From the NCBI GenBank assembly GCA_023515725.1, contig JALDTO010000098.1, positions 1,576,164 through 1,640,163 of the forward strand: DNA of 64,000 nt, read 5' to 3'. Numbering within the stretch: the stretch's first letter is position 1; the number at the start of each line of letters is the position of its first letter. A model generated the notes under the pieces. It made no database searches. It saw only the letters and a list, made by a program, of their open reading frames with translations, and had not been told where the DNA came from. This document shows, one piece after another, positions 44,649-60,905 of this stretch. The position numbers and the translations under genes are program-made. This stretch comes from Amoeboaphelidium protococcarum X5 (taxonomy: Eukaryota > Fungi > Aphelidiomycota).

Positions 44649-45170
44649 ATGGCTTATAAAGCAATGTAAATTGGCAAAGAATTGCCTTATCTGACCAGAT
44701 AGAAGATCCTTAGCGTTGCGAAGAATTATTCTAATCCGTTATATGACGTAAAGCTGTAGCGCGAGTACTAGAAAATGCCGAAAGTGGTGTAGATATTATA
44801 GCACTTGAATGGCCCTTCTATAGTTCTGCCAGAAAACGTAATGAGCGTATCGTTTGTTTCTTTATCTGTGAGTCGGGATGGAAGTAACGATTCGTAGAAT
44901 AATTCCACTGCAGATAATATACTATAGCGATTGGCATACCACAATCAGCGCGTTCGTGTGAATCGTTGCGTGCTCGATAAGTCTGCAATTACTTCTAATC
45001 AACAGTCTTTGCTTGAGAAGTACATCGATCATGATGCTTGGTACGTACATTTTTAAAGTCCCGAGGGTGATTAATCTGTCTCTGAATCGTGTGGACCCAT
45101 TTTCATCAGCAAAGAAGTTTCGAATGAGTCAATCATCCTGGCATAGCTTGCTAAATTATGCTTATAATGA
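44649..45170 (+). CDS. MRP49: Mitochondrial ribosomal protein mL61/MRP49-like
   Basis: 174-codon frame with LNGPSIVLPENVMSV and LQRLAYHNQRV, resembling GPGA.ILP..V...LPRLKYHNP. Confidence 0.65.
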
Positions 45171-45500
45171 AAAGAAAATTGAATAGAAAGTAAGATGTAA
45201 CTTCTTCATATCTACTGAAACTTTGATTATGGGGAGTAAAATATATCGAGTCTTGAAATATATACTCAAAATATAATAGGCCTACTTGGTTAGCACCTTT
45301 CGGAGTGTATAATATTGTTCACGCTTTTCTGACTCCCTCTTCTATGATCAGGGAGGCGATCTCGTGTGAATCGATCAAAGTGTGATTACGTCTGGTGTAA
45401 CCGTAAGTTGGGGCCCGCTAAAGCCCCGATGACGTTTTTTCGATTTCATTCCGCACCAATCCTCTGTTTTCTAACGATAAACTACACCCGACCATCTACC

Positions 45501-46436
45501 ATGGAGCCGGATAACAAATTTAACAGTCTCAAAAAGCTCCGATAAAAGAATGGCCATGTTAGCGTGGCATGTACTAATTGCAAGGCTAGTCATTTGAAGT
45601 GTGATGAGCAGAGGCCCTGCTCCAGATGTGTTAACAGTGGTAAGGCTGACTGCTGTAAAGATTCAGATCACCGCAAGCGCGGGAGGCCTCGAATGGATGA
45701 CTGCATGGACAGTGGTGAGCCACCGATATATAAGAAAGTATAGAGGCAATACAGTGAGAGTGAGTCTATCAGTACTAAATCTGCATCCGGTGCTCTTAGT
45801 GTGCGCTCTTTGCTTTCTCGTTCAGATGTTAGCTCGCAATCATCATCATCGGCCGGATCTGCTCTCGTTGACGATGTCGGAAGCCGCTCACCCAAGAAGC
45901 TGGATACGATATCACTATATATCAAAGATGAGTCTCTGATGTAAAATTAATAGCTATCTGTTGGATATGTGGCCGCCCTCGCCAGTAATTCTGCTCCAAT
46001 CATTCTGACTGACGTCACTACGCCGGTTGAGTGGGAAATTTTTTTGGATCATCAACTGATGCTGATGTCACTTGACAAAGCTTCTTTTATTGGATACAGT
46101 TTTGAAGATGTTGTCCATAAAATATAGCTTCCCAGTCTCACTCATTACGCTGACCATGGTAATCTGTTTGCAGCGTTGAACACAGCCCAGTAGACTGGTT
46201 CTTGTGTCTTTCTTAATGTTCACCTGAGAAACAGAGCTGGTCACCATCAGCTCTACTCTTTAACTGCTTATCCACAGAAGAATGGCTTTCGAGTCCAAGT
46301 CCAATCCTATGTCCATCCGCGCCTGCTGGATTTGGATTAGTGTGATATCTTACATTAGGAACAACCCCTTACTATGCATGCTCCATATAAAACCACTTGC
46401 TTCTCCGTGCCTCAGGGTGTTCCATTAATATTTTGA
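45501..46436 (+). CDS. Zn(II)2Cys6 transcription factor (Ert1/Rds2/AcuK-like) with PAS-like C-terminus
   Basis: ACTNCKASHLKCDEQRPCSRC..C..RKRGRPR; frame open to TGA at 46434. Confidence 0.9.
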
Positions 46437-46810
46437 ATTTAATAAATTGCTGTTTTGATTTTCATATTTAGCTTTTTCGTTTACTTTCGTGTATGTCTTG
46501 ATGACTCGTTTAGTCGTAGATGAATTATCAATCGTAAGCACTGCACATGATGAGAGCAAATGACCAAGTAAAGACCTTCAAATTAAAATTAATAAACACC
46601 AGCCTTTATATTGTATATGTCTAAACCTGTTAACAGTGTATTATGGTGGAGCAAGTGATGAGCATTGAGATTAGAATACAAACTGTGAAACCAATCGGCA
46701 AAGTGAGTGAGTGAGGTAGAGATAGATCAAACGCGAAACTCGCGATAACCGAAGCGGGAAGGCGAGCTGGTTAAAAGCTGGCGCGGGGTGGCCATCTTTC
46801 TTTTCTCGGT

Positions 46811-46944
46811 GTTCTTACACAGTTGTGATACCGTTATCGTTGAAGTTTTACTGAGGTACGGTTATTGCTGATTGCAAACTATTCTAGTTTCAATCCCTTT
46901 TTGCATTATGTGCAAAAGAATTTTTGTCGCTCCTTCACTGGGGC
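46811..46944 (+). ncRNA. U4: U4 spliceosomal snRNA
   Basis: 5' stem-loop with kink-turn (AUC-GUU-GAAG-UUUUA-CUGA-GGU), UAUUGCUGAUUG.AAACU stem I, hairpin CUUUUGCA/UGCAAAAG, Sm site AAUUUUUG at 46919-46926 and terminal hairpin GCUCC/GGGGC. Confidence 0.88.
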
Positions 46945-47213
46945 CACCCATCCCTCCTCTTATCACTTTCTAAACCTTTTCCATTTAACTCACTTAGCCA
47001 TCCATTTTGTGCACTTAGTTCACTCTTGACTCCATTCACCCTGCCAGTACTATCCTGCTTGTACTCTTCCGACTAAAAGTTTACGCATAGAGCGTGTCGA
47101 ATGCGCCTGTTATGACTCGTACGGTAACAGATCTTGTGCCGATCGCTTGGCTTATTTACGCTCAAAATCAATTTCATTTCTCATAATCGGTAATCTACGA
47201 ACAAACTTTTTCA

Positions 47214-48188
47214 ATGGACGAAAGACCGGAGCCCTCAATATAAAACATTTTAGATCAGACTAGCCTTAAGTGGATCTTTGTCGGCGGAAAAGGTGGTGTC
47301 GGAAAGACTACCAATTCTTGCGCCTTGGCCACTCAACTGTCCAAAGTCAGGGAGAAGGTTCTACTTATTTCGACCGACCCAGCTCACAATTTGAGTGATG
47401 CCTTTGGTCAGAAGTTTGGTAAAAATCCCACTTTGATTAATGGCTTTGACAATTTATTCGCTATGGAAATTGATCCTACAGCGTCTATCCAGGAGATGGT
47501 GGATAATCAATCAGAGTCTGGCGCGCTCCCGCAATAGTTGATGAAGGATTTGGCTTTTAACATTCCTGGTGTGGATGAAGCTATGGGTTTCGCTGAGGTG
47601 ATGAAACTTGTCAAGTCAATGGACTACTCAGTGGTGGTGTTTGATACGGCTCCTACAGGTCACACTCTGCGTTTCCTCTCATTCCCCACCGTTCTAGAGA
47701 AGGGCTTGGAGAAGTTGAGTGAGATGACTGGCCGCTTTGGTCCTCTGATGCAGCAGTTCGGGCCAATGTTGGGCTTACAGGCAGATTAAGGATCTATCAC
47801 AGACAAGCTGGAGACTATGCGCAGCACCATCGCTGAGGTAAACGCGTAATTCCAAGATCCTGACAAGACGACATTCGTCTGTGTGTGTATCTCAGAGTTC
47901 CTCTCCTTGTATGAGACTGAGCGCATGATCTAGGAGTTGACTTAGTTCAATATTGATACCCACAACATTATCGTCAATCAGCTGCTTTATCCTAAAGAGG
48001 ATTCCAACTGTGAGCAATGTCTCGTTAGACGAAAGATGCAACAAAAATATCTCGATCAGTATCACGATCTATATGAAGACTTTCACATCATTGAACTGCC
48101 GCTGCTAACAAAGGAAGTTCGTGGACCAGACAGTATAAAGAGCTTTAGCGATATGCTAGTCACACCTTATGCTCCCAAGTCAGGTTGA
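47214..48188 (+). CDS. GET3: Tail-anchored protein targeting ATPase
   Basis: [40 protein letters not shown] and [15 protein letters not shown]. Confidence 0.97.
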
Positions 48189-48261
48189 TGATACAGTGTG
48201 AAGTTAGGCCATTTATAAGAACTAGTTGCTCAATTATAAAATACAAGTATCTATTCTGATA

Positions 48262-49629
48262 TCAATTAACTTTAACTACAGCTTGTTACGAGGCTTGAAA
48301 ATTCTTGTTGCCGTTTACCAATTGAAACATTTTGTCTGGCACCAACCTAGCAAGATCCACCACGAAACAAGACTAAAATGATTTGAGCATAGATAGCCGG
48401 TAGTTATCAAAGCCATCTCCATTGATATTCTTCACATTATCTAATCGATCTACTAGACCCTCCATCCGGAGCAAGTACTCCCTGCCGCGCCATTGGACAA
48501 CATTCCTACTGAATATAGAGTATATGTATATTGGGACAGCTGACAATTCCCTCAATATCCAAGTGTATGTAAACCAGAGAGGATTAGATATTCTTTGACG
48601 AGAAATGAGGATTGTTAACAGATAGTCGCACATGAACCAGATGAGCATATGAACACCAAAAACAGTCCAAAAAGAGAGGCTGAATAGATTATGAAGAGCA
48701 AATGCTCCAGTTAAGCCGCTAACGATAGACTCAGTAAACGGTTCAATGATAGTGACAACGGGCATTGAATATGCTCGAATCTTTGTCCACCTACTCCGAC
48801 GCATAACGTAATCGTAAATTGACGATTTAAGTAGAGATTACTTGGCAGTCTTCTAACTCATCACATGTCGCATGCCCATAGACCATATCGCTAATCCAAT
48901 CATATTATCTTCAGCCAGATACTTCCCAAATGCTGCCAGACCACCTTTCTTATCCAGATCAGACTTGCGAAATATTGTGGATTTCCCCATGACACAACTG
49001 TCCACGGCAGCCCAATTAAAGCCGAGATAAATCTTTGCGTGTGCAGTATTAAGAAAATGTTCCTCCAATTAAGCTCCAACAGAGGAGTCTCCATTTATAC
49101 CTTCAGGTGCATGGTGGACAATTCCCACACTAGGATCTTGGAAATGAGGAACTGCATGAAGTAAAGTGTCCCGGTCTATAGATATATTACTATCGCATAT
49201 CCATATCAAATCGTACTTGGCATTATTGTAGCTGTGTATAAGATTATTGATCTTTGGATTTACACCAATAACAGATTCACCGACATGTAACTTGGCATCC
49301 ACATTTGGATATTGAGCAATTAACTTATTCGCAACTTCAATGGCTGGATCATTCTCATCTGCAACAGAGAGATACAGCTAAAACTTGGGATAATCAAGCT
49401 CGAACGAAGTCCTCAGGTCAGCTTCTAAATTAACATCCAGGCCTCGTAGTGGGCGCAGTATTGAAACACCAGGATAGTCTACCAACTTCCGAGGTTGACT
49501 TTCATAAAATTACCGTCGTGCCAGTGAAACTCCCCATATAGTCCAGCTGAACATGAATGTCCAGAAGAAAAGAGCTACTGAGTAAATAAGATACACAAAG
49601 AATTGATACACAGCGAGTAGACACATCAT
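48262..49629 (-). CDS. UGCG: Ceramide glucosyltransferase
   Basis: [38 protein letters not shown] and RRSRW. Confidence 0.93.
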
Positions 49630-49838
49630 CAGAAATGTATATACTTTGAAGCCACTATATATACAGAAGAGGTATACTGAGCAAATGTATCAGAAAGGGG
49701 TCCCGCTGCGTGAACACAGAGAGAGAAACGTCTAAAGAATTTATTTTAGAAAAAGCAAATCGATCTCGGCGACCAGGAAAAGGAACGAGAAACGGTTTCT
49801 GGGCGATTTTTACTGTGATAGGGAATGACGCGCTCGTT

Positions 49839-50899
49839 TCAACAACAATTTAACGATTCTTTGACCAGGTGTAACGCTTCCTACGCTGAGTATCTATACC
49901 CTGGCTCGTAGGTGAGGAGTCGGGAGATTAAATTGGTTCCTAATGAACTGCAATGTGGCAAAATCTAGTCCCATGGCAGAGGATCTTATGCGCTAAATTG
50001 AATCTTGTCATAATCGGGAGTGTTCACGCGAGACTACACAATATATGCGATGGTTGAATTTAACTATTTCTATGACCACGATCAAAGTTACCGGCCAGTT
50101 TTCATCTGTAGGTGTGCCCAACATGCTAAATACCAAGATTATTTGATTGATGTCTGACTGTCCAGGAAATAAAGGCTTAGAATTGAACATCTCAGCAATC
50201 ACACAACCAGCGGACCAAATGTCAATCTTCAAATCATACTTGGTTGAACCGAAAAGTATTTCAGGAGCTCGGTACCACCTACCAAGAGAGAGAACATTAA
50301 TACGGTTGAAATAATATGCAATTGTCAAGATTACCTGGATGAAACTTGATGAGAGTAAATCCCACCTGGTTTGTACACGACAGCCTGTCCGAAATCGCAA
50401 ATACGCAAACTTCCATCGTGCGACAACATTATATTAGCAGGCTTGATGTCTCGATGCATCATATTCTCGTTGTGTAAATAAGATAAGCCTTCCAAGAGCA
50501 TTGATGTCCAATTGAGAACTTGCTTTCGATCTATAACATAATCTTTTGAGCTCATCACCGCATCAAGAGTCGTTTCAAGATATTCCAGCACAACACACAG
50601 CTAAGACTCAAAGTCAAAGTGTTCAATATACTTTACAATCTACATACCGTTATTAATAATAAGTATACGTAAATTTGATAAAGCACAAATACATTCTTAT
50701 GCTTCAGTTTAGAGAGAATCTTCACTTCTTTGTGAATATCGAACAGATTGTCACAGTCAGTGGGCTAATACGATCGAGGCATGGACTGAGGATACACGCG
50801 TTTAATCGCAACTTTAAGGCCATCATGTGCTCTCTCATAGAAATCCACCTGACCAAAGGCACCATCATGGCCAACTTGCAGAAACGCGTACTTTTCCAT
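49839..50899 (-). CDS. CDK20: CDK20/CCRK-like kinase; introns 50640-50692, 50279-50334, 50034-50091
   Basis: MHRDIKPAN, DFGQA, YSHQVSSRWYRAPE and PDYDKIQF (CDK20 has YTHQVATRWY and PDYNKISF). Confidence 0.82.
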
Positions 50900-51118
50900 T
50901 GGGACTGGTGAACGCGTACGTAACTTAAATAAAGTCAACTTGTCACACAAACAGAGGAAACACTGCGAATAGACAATCGGGAAACGCGACCAAGTTCCAA
51001 AAGCGGAAAATTTCTCAAATTTCTGTTTCACTCTGAATGGAGTTTTTCTCTTTTCTATTTTGTGAAACGGTCACAATTTGACGACTGACAGATACAGCAT
51101 CTTGTAAAATTAGACTAT

Positions 51119-53433
51119 ATGCAAAATCGCAAGGATTTACAGGTGGTGTAACGGAAGTTTTTGACTCCAAATAAGAGAAAGACATTCGGTAAGTTATCAT
51201 AATGTAATATTGTTTCATTTTACCTGCTTGTGACTCATCTAATGTAGAATAAGACGAGAATATAAACTCAAGTTAATGCAACCGGGCTGCGTCTCTACCT
51301 AGCTCACCGTGTCTTAGAGTGAATATCAAGCCTCTAGATATGTCCGATTGGATCAAGGCTACCTCTACTGGTAGTTCTCGACTTAATCAGTAATTGTTCT
51401 CGAGTCAATTTTATCAAGATCAGACTGAGGATTAGGTGATAACATCTGCCGTATGCACTCCCTCAGCTGTGGATGAGTTTTCAGACTCTCCAGTAAAGCC
51501 GCTGATGAAGTCATTCAAGACTTTTGAGACATTGCCCTCTGTAAATGGCAACTCTATACTTTCTGCCGTTGATCCTGGGAAGGATGATAAAGTTGTAGAG
51601 TCCGCCACAGTATAAAGTAGTCCCTAGTTTAAGCCAGTTATTCGCAACGGAAAAGTTGCATTTATGGTTGAAAAGAAGCTTTAATTGGACCAGCTGCCAG
51701 AATGTATATAATAGCTGGCCGAATTTTATCAGTATTTGTGTAATTAGAAAGAGCCTATCACCTCATTGAGAGATGACTAATTGCCTCTTATTGCCCTTCT
51801 AGTTGAAGAGTCGGAACTGACCTTGCCGGCTTTGTCTAAGAATTTGGTGAAAAAGTTGAATCCTTCGGCATTGTGCGATGCAACTGGTAAATAGATTATG
51901 ACTGCGGAGACTATTATGGCTGCCATCTCTAAAGTTGCTGTTCGCAAAGATTATAGTATCCCTGGGTGTTTGACTAAACAAAAGTGGGAGAGTGTTGACC
52001 TGAAGCTATTCTCCGCGTCTGTTGCGTCATAGTTGGAATCTAGGCGTCTTGCGAGGACTCAATACACTGAATAGTTGCAAAGTTATTGGAATAGTTTAAC
52101 TGATGAATAATAGTTGTACCAGTCTTCCGCTGCTGCTGGTAAAAAGTCTCGCCTGAAGAGTATTCCATAGTCAGAACCAGATATTAAAGTGCTCTCTTCT
52201 CAGCCTGACAAGTGTAATGACTTGATGCCAGCTTCGGAATGTGGTCCTCCTGGTGAAGTAACAAAGACTCCGAGTGCTAAATAGTCTAAAGCTAATTTGA
52301 AGAAAGCTGCTACTACCGCTACCAAAAAATCGGCTGCTTCTAGTTCGTCCAAGGTACAGGATAAGAGTTAGAAGAGAATCTCTGGATTTTTTATGAAGAA
52401 AGCTGATGTATCTGTATCCACTAGCGCTTCATTTGCTGTCGCAAAGAAGGCTGAAAAGTCATTTGATGATTATTTCCCCGCTGTGAACAGTAGAAGTCAT
52501 GTTTCAATCTACAGAAGAAATTTTGGTATAAAGCCTTCTCTTAATGCCATAAAGAAAGTACTAGAAGATGTATCGTGTTGTGAATTCTATCAGAACGTGG
52601 TGTATAAAAGACCAAGGTTAACTAAGCCCAAGACTCTCGGTTCTGTCCCGGTGGAAATTGTCAGTTTAGTGCCCAATGCAAAGGTGCAATTAAGACAGTT
52701 TCATGACAACTTCCGACCTGCGTTTTATGGCAATGGCAACAAGATTAATGTGTAAAAGATCAATCGCCGCCCTTTTAAGCTCATCTCTCAAATTGACTAT
52801 GATTATGACAGTGACGAGGAATGGGCTGCGAATGAAGATGAATAAGAGGACGGTGAAGACTTGGTGTCCGATGATGATAATAATGACGATGCTGAGTCTG
52901 TGGAAGAAGGCGATGAAGATGGCTGGCTGGTTCCAGAAGGATACTTGTCAGAAGATGAGCGGGTGAATGAAGGCGAAGATGATAATGATGAGGTTCGCTA
53001 GAGTGCTAATAGCAGTCCTAAATCTGGCCTTAATAAAACAAAGATGGTGCTAACTATAATTCCAGAAATTTATCCGGTGTTCATAATGAAAGATTCTATT
53101 GCTGCAGATTAATCGCCGCCTCTGTTCCAGACGCTGAAAGTGTTGCCATTGCTGGACTTGAAATTTCCATTATCTCTGTCTCCTCCACCAGTCGTAGTTG
53201 CTACTGGTGACGAAAAGAAGGTGTCAGAATAGAATGCTGTTGTCAAACCAAAGAAAAGAACTAGCAATGCAAAGTAAAAAGGTGAAGAGGGTGCTGTAGA
53301 AGGAGGGGTGACTAAGAAGCGCAAGAAGGCAACCAGTAATGTTCCAACCGCAATTAAAGAAATCCCCGCCACTAAGGATATGTGTCAAATCTAGCCCCCA
53401 TAATTATAGTAGTAGTAGTAGCAGTAATAGTGA
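51119..53433 (+). CDS. CHAF1A: Chromatin assembly factor 1 large subunit; intron 51189-51247
   Basis: PIP box QKRISGFF (Q=TAG at 52369), QFHDNFRPAFYG, DYDYDSDEEW and GWLVPEGYLSEDE. Confidence 0.88.
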
Positions 53434-53544
53434 AGAGCCAGCCATATTGATGACGCGTCAATGATGAAATCTAATGCAAAATCTATGTTTGATTGCTAGT
53501 CACTATACTAATTTTTATATTATCTCAGCGTATATCATATATGT

Positions 53545-53799
53545 TCAGTTAATCTTCTTTCTGTGAGAGCAACCCTCCTACAAGCGAGCCTTACCACCAG
53601 TTGGCTGGCACAGAACAGCAGAGCAGGCATGGCACAACACAACAGTCTGTGCGTGGCTGAACACGGTAGTGATAGCAAAGCATCCACCGCACTTCACATC
53701 CATGAAATATGAGTTTGGCGACTATACGAGTCTCTTCAATTTGTGAGTCTTCTTCTCAGTCTCTGGAGTAGGATTCAATAGATCAACTGCTAATGGCAT
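53545..53799 (-). CDS. RPS27: 40S ribosomal protein eS27
   Basis: [27 protein letters not shown] (Q=TAG), TTVFSHAQT and [11 protein letters not shown]. Confidence 0.97.
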
Positions 53800-53901
53800 T
53801 GTGTCTACGGATTATTGTTATTTTAATTATTCTTTTTCCGGTCACCAACGGTAGTGATACGTGAGTTGACTTTTCGCTGTAATGATCCAAGCTCAGAAAA
53901 T

Positions 53902-53931
53902 TCGCGCGCCCGTCAACCGAAGTAACCGAAG
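53902..53931 (+). promoter_or_regulatory. Second copy of the candidate RP promoter element
   Basis: CGCGCGCCCGTC-AACCGAAGTAACCGAA-G, 103-132 bp upstream of the RPS27 ATG and inverted relative to the gene. Confidence 0.65.
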
Positions 53932-54055
53932 AATGAAAGTTGTGATCTGGCACTCCACATAGAAAACATAGTCAATGTAAGCGGATGCACTTATTGTTAT
54001 ACAATCACCTATGCTGCAAAATATGATGGTGGATACATTTAGCATTATTATTTAT

Positions 54056-54782
54056 TCAGAGTGACTCATAACCGAAATCTTGAAGTACTTTAATGAGCAT
54101 GGTTTTCGGAAGTCCTATAATAGTCTCCAATTCGCCTTTAAGCGCGCCTAGATATGGTTTCAGTAAATCTACAATACAGAATTTTTGCGCTTTAAATTCA
54201 TTATAAATATTAAGGTTATAAGTAATGAAGTCATACCATCTTCTACAGTAAATCCGCCCGCGCAATACATAACATCACCCTTCGTAATTAACGCGTTGAT
54301 AGCCTCGTCCGCGATCTTATTGAAATGCTGAGTAGCTTAATCACACTTGACTACCTATTTACCAGAATCAATGTCAGTGACGATTAAAGAAGTATGACAG
54401 GTGACGCAGTTATTACTGAGACTATTCAGAAAGTATCGGCATTCCTACAACAACATGATGACTATAACCTTTGAGATCTGAGAGATCATACCTCTTCAGA
54501 TTTTGGCTTTTCGCGTATCTAGCCTTAGTGTTCCACGACTTCATCGCTAGTTATCAGTATGCAGTCCTTAAGTTCATCTGGGTACTTTTTAATTATAGCC
54601 TCAGCTTTCTTCAAAGCGATTTTGACAACCAGATCTGATGGCGCATCCCTGCTCCGATCTCCAATAGCATCTTCATCAATGTCTGCCTTGAGTATTTGAA
54701 AATTATTTGCTCCTATAATTTCACTCAGAATATGCTTTCTTCCAACCGATGCACTTCCCAATACAATACTTTTGTTCGGCAT
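54056..54782 (-). CDS. Maf-like nucleotide pyrophosphatase; introns 54445-54491 and 54169-54236
   Basis: IVLGSAS..RK.IL, ADIDE, KAEAI, LITSDEVV..IREKP, YCAGG and IIGLP. Confidence 0.9.
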
Positions 54783-55539
54783 ATCTTAAAATTTACAAAC
54801 TAAGCGTGCCGTTCACTTGATGCGAGATGAAGATTTTCAATTGATCTTTGTATCAAGATCTTGTGGCACTGTCTTCCACAAATTCTGTAGTGAATATTTA
54901 CTATGAGGATGTTAAATTATACTAGTTTTATATAGGTTTAATGCCATTAAGATAGTAAGTGGTCTCATCTCATAACACTGAATCTCTATTCCTATGAATC
55001 AACTTCAATAGGCCAGATTTTGAACAATGACCTTGACCGCCGAATGGCAAGCACATTTTTAATGTTACAACTTTCCATTCTATCACAGAATTAGAAAGAT
55101 GATACATTTCATATTACTAAACACCATTTTGTTGATGAAAGCTGATTAATACTTGATGTACAGTACGACTATTGTAAATGTATGATCTGATAAAACACGT
55201 CTGAAACATACTGTATCTGATTGGAGCAAACATCGCCAAATTTGATGTGGGATAAGTTGACTACACAATTGGCTTAGTATCATTAGTGCCATAATACTAT
55301 ATTTGTTGAAATATAAAGTACGTGAAATAAGGAACATTTTCCTAGATTATATGAATGGCTAATTAGTTGACACGAGAGACGAATATTCACGCGCATTCAT
55401 TGTCAGAATCACATAGTAAGCTTTCTGTAGATCGTCCTACTGGTTGATTCCTCGCTGACTCTTATTGCAACAGTGAAAAGCTTGGCGCATCTAATATATT
55501 CTCTAACCAGCTTAAGGAAGTAAACTTTAACGTATTAGA

Positions 55540-56775
55540 ATGGGTACTGAATTGTTGTTTGCTCCTCTATTCTAGTCGCTGCTGTTTGCGAGAGGTGTAC
55601 TGTATCTTGTGGTCAGTTATGCTCTTCCTGGACTAGTACCTCGATTCAATCCCACGTCTACCGATGTAAAGAATTTTGCACCATAGCCTGCAGTGTTGAT
55701 TACTGGATCGAGCACTGGAATCGGCAAGGAGATGAGTCTATACCTGGCCTCTCAGGGTTACGCAGTGTTTTCTTGTGTCAGGAAGCAGTCTGACGGCGAT
55801 GCTCTGGTATCTGATTTGAAGTCGATGAACAAGAACATTCATCCAAAAGGTACTTTTATCGCTTTTAAAACTTAATTGTTAAACCTAAATTATCTTCTGG
55901 TGTGATATTTGCAGGCAAGATTATTCCATTGATTTGCGATGTTGTTAAATAAGATCAGATTAACAAGGCCAAGTAGTAAGTTGAGAAGGTGTGCAGCACT
56001 GAAAATTTGGCCTTAGTTAGTCTGGTGAGTAATGCTGGTATACACAATCCTACGCCTGTGGAGCTGATGGATGTCAAGACAATGTAGGATATGTACGATG
56101 TTAACGTGTTTGGTGCTCTGCGCATGGTGTAAGCTTTCCTGCCGGTGCTGCGTAAGACTGCCGCAGATACTCAGTATAGTCCACGCGTTGTGTTCACCTC
56201 TAGTATTGCAGGTGTCCTATCTCTGGCCACGTTCGGTCCGTATTCAAGCAGTAAGCATGCACTGGAGGCTATTGTCGATGCACTGCGCCAAGAGTTGAAG
56301 CCTCAAGGCATCGCTGTCTCTTCCATTTAACCTGGTAAGTTTGTTGAGTCTGTTACAGTTTTTTGATATTCATTCATTTTGGTGTTATAATAATGTAGGT
56401 ATGGTGTATAGTCCGTTGATTGAAAAGAGTTCCGGTGCTGCGGACAATGGATGGATAGCCAGTATCTGGAAGGATCCAAGTGGCGACAAGTTCAAGTATT
56501 ACAGTCAGTGGATACCGTTGGCCACTCAGTTCTACAAGACTATTAGCTCCGTATCAACGCCGCCTTCTTTCGTTGCCATTGCTGCGAGAGATGCAATCGA
56601 GAGTAGAGTACCGGCCACCCGTTACTGTATCGGAATACAGGGCATGTATGGAGTATAGTTTCGCTTTCTGACGCGTCTCATGGGCACGTTGGGAGATTTG
56701 GTTTTCGATTCATTTGCTTTCGCCAGCAATTGGTTCATGTCTACTCAAATGCAAAAGAACAAGGTGTAGTAGTGA
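55540..56775 (+). CDS. Short-chain dehydrogenase/reductase; introns 55850-55914 and 56335-56398
   Basis: [27 protein letters not shown] and QPG. Confidence 0.92.
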
Positions 56776-57185
56776 ATGAATCACTTGATTGACCCAGGAT
56801 AATATCATCATAATGTTTTCACTTGATCCGGTTTTGTATTAGCAAGTTAGTATCCTAATTTCGTGCTGAAGATTCTATTGGATGCACATACACTCTCACT
56901 TTGTCTCTCAATCTCTCACTCTCTCTCTATCATCAACGGCAAACGGTAAATCTGTTTCGGATTGTTTCTCTTTGAACTCACACGTCTCTCCATATCTGTC
57001 ACTACAGTATATCTCTCTATTTCTCACCACTGCACTGAAACGTTCGTCTGGTCATTCGTTGTTCTTTCGCGTCGACCGATTTCTCTTTTCACTCCGTTTT
57101 GAACATACCAGTACTAGTAATTGCTTTATTTAACAACTGGTGATTGCGTTATTTAACTTTTATATTCAACTGTCTCAAAGGTCAA

Positions 57186-60692
<3,507 letters not shown>

Positions 60693-60905
60693 TTGATTGT
60701 CTACTCATATTTTAACAAGTATAAGTGAAGCATCATGAACAATTTAGTGAACTATAATATGCCAATCTCGACTTATATCTCACATTATCACAATATCCGT
60801 TTTACCTTGTAATTGTTAGCTTCTGATCCAACATTGATTTCAATAGTCGCAATCGGCAATAAAACTAATCGGCGATTCAGTGCCAATACTATCAACCAAA
60901 ATAGA

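Noticed and set aside
46490-46680. Box C/D snoRNA (three TGATGA motifs)
   Set aside because: No suitably placed CTGA box D or terminal stem.
54900-55340. Small minus-strand CDS between Maf and SDR
   Set aside because: The frames close early at TGA and show no recognisable motif; left unexplained.
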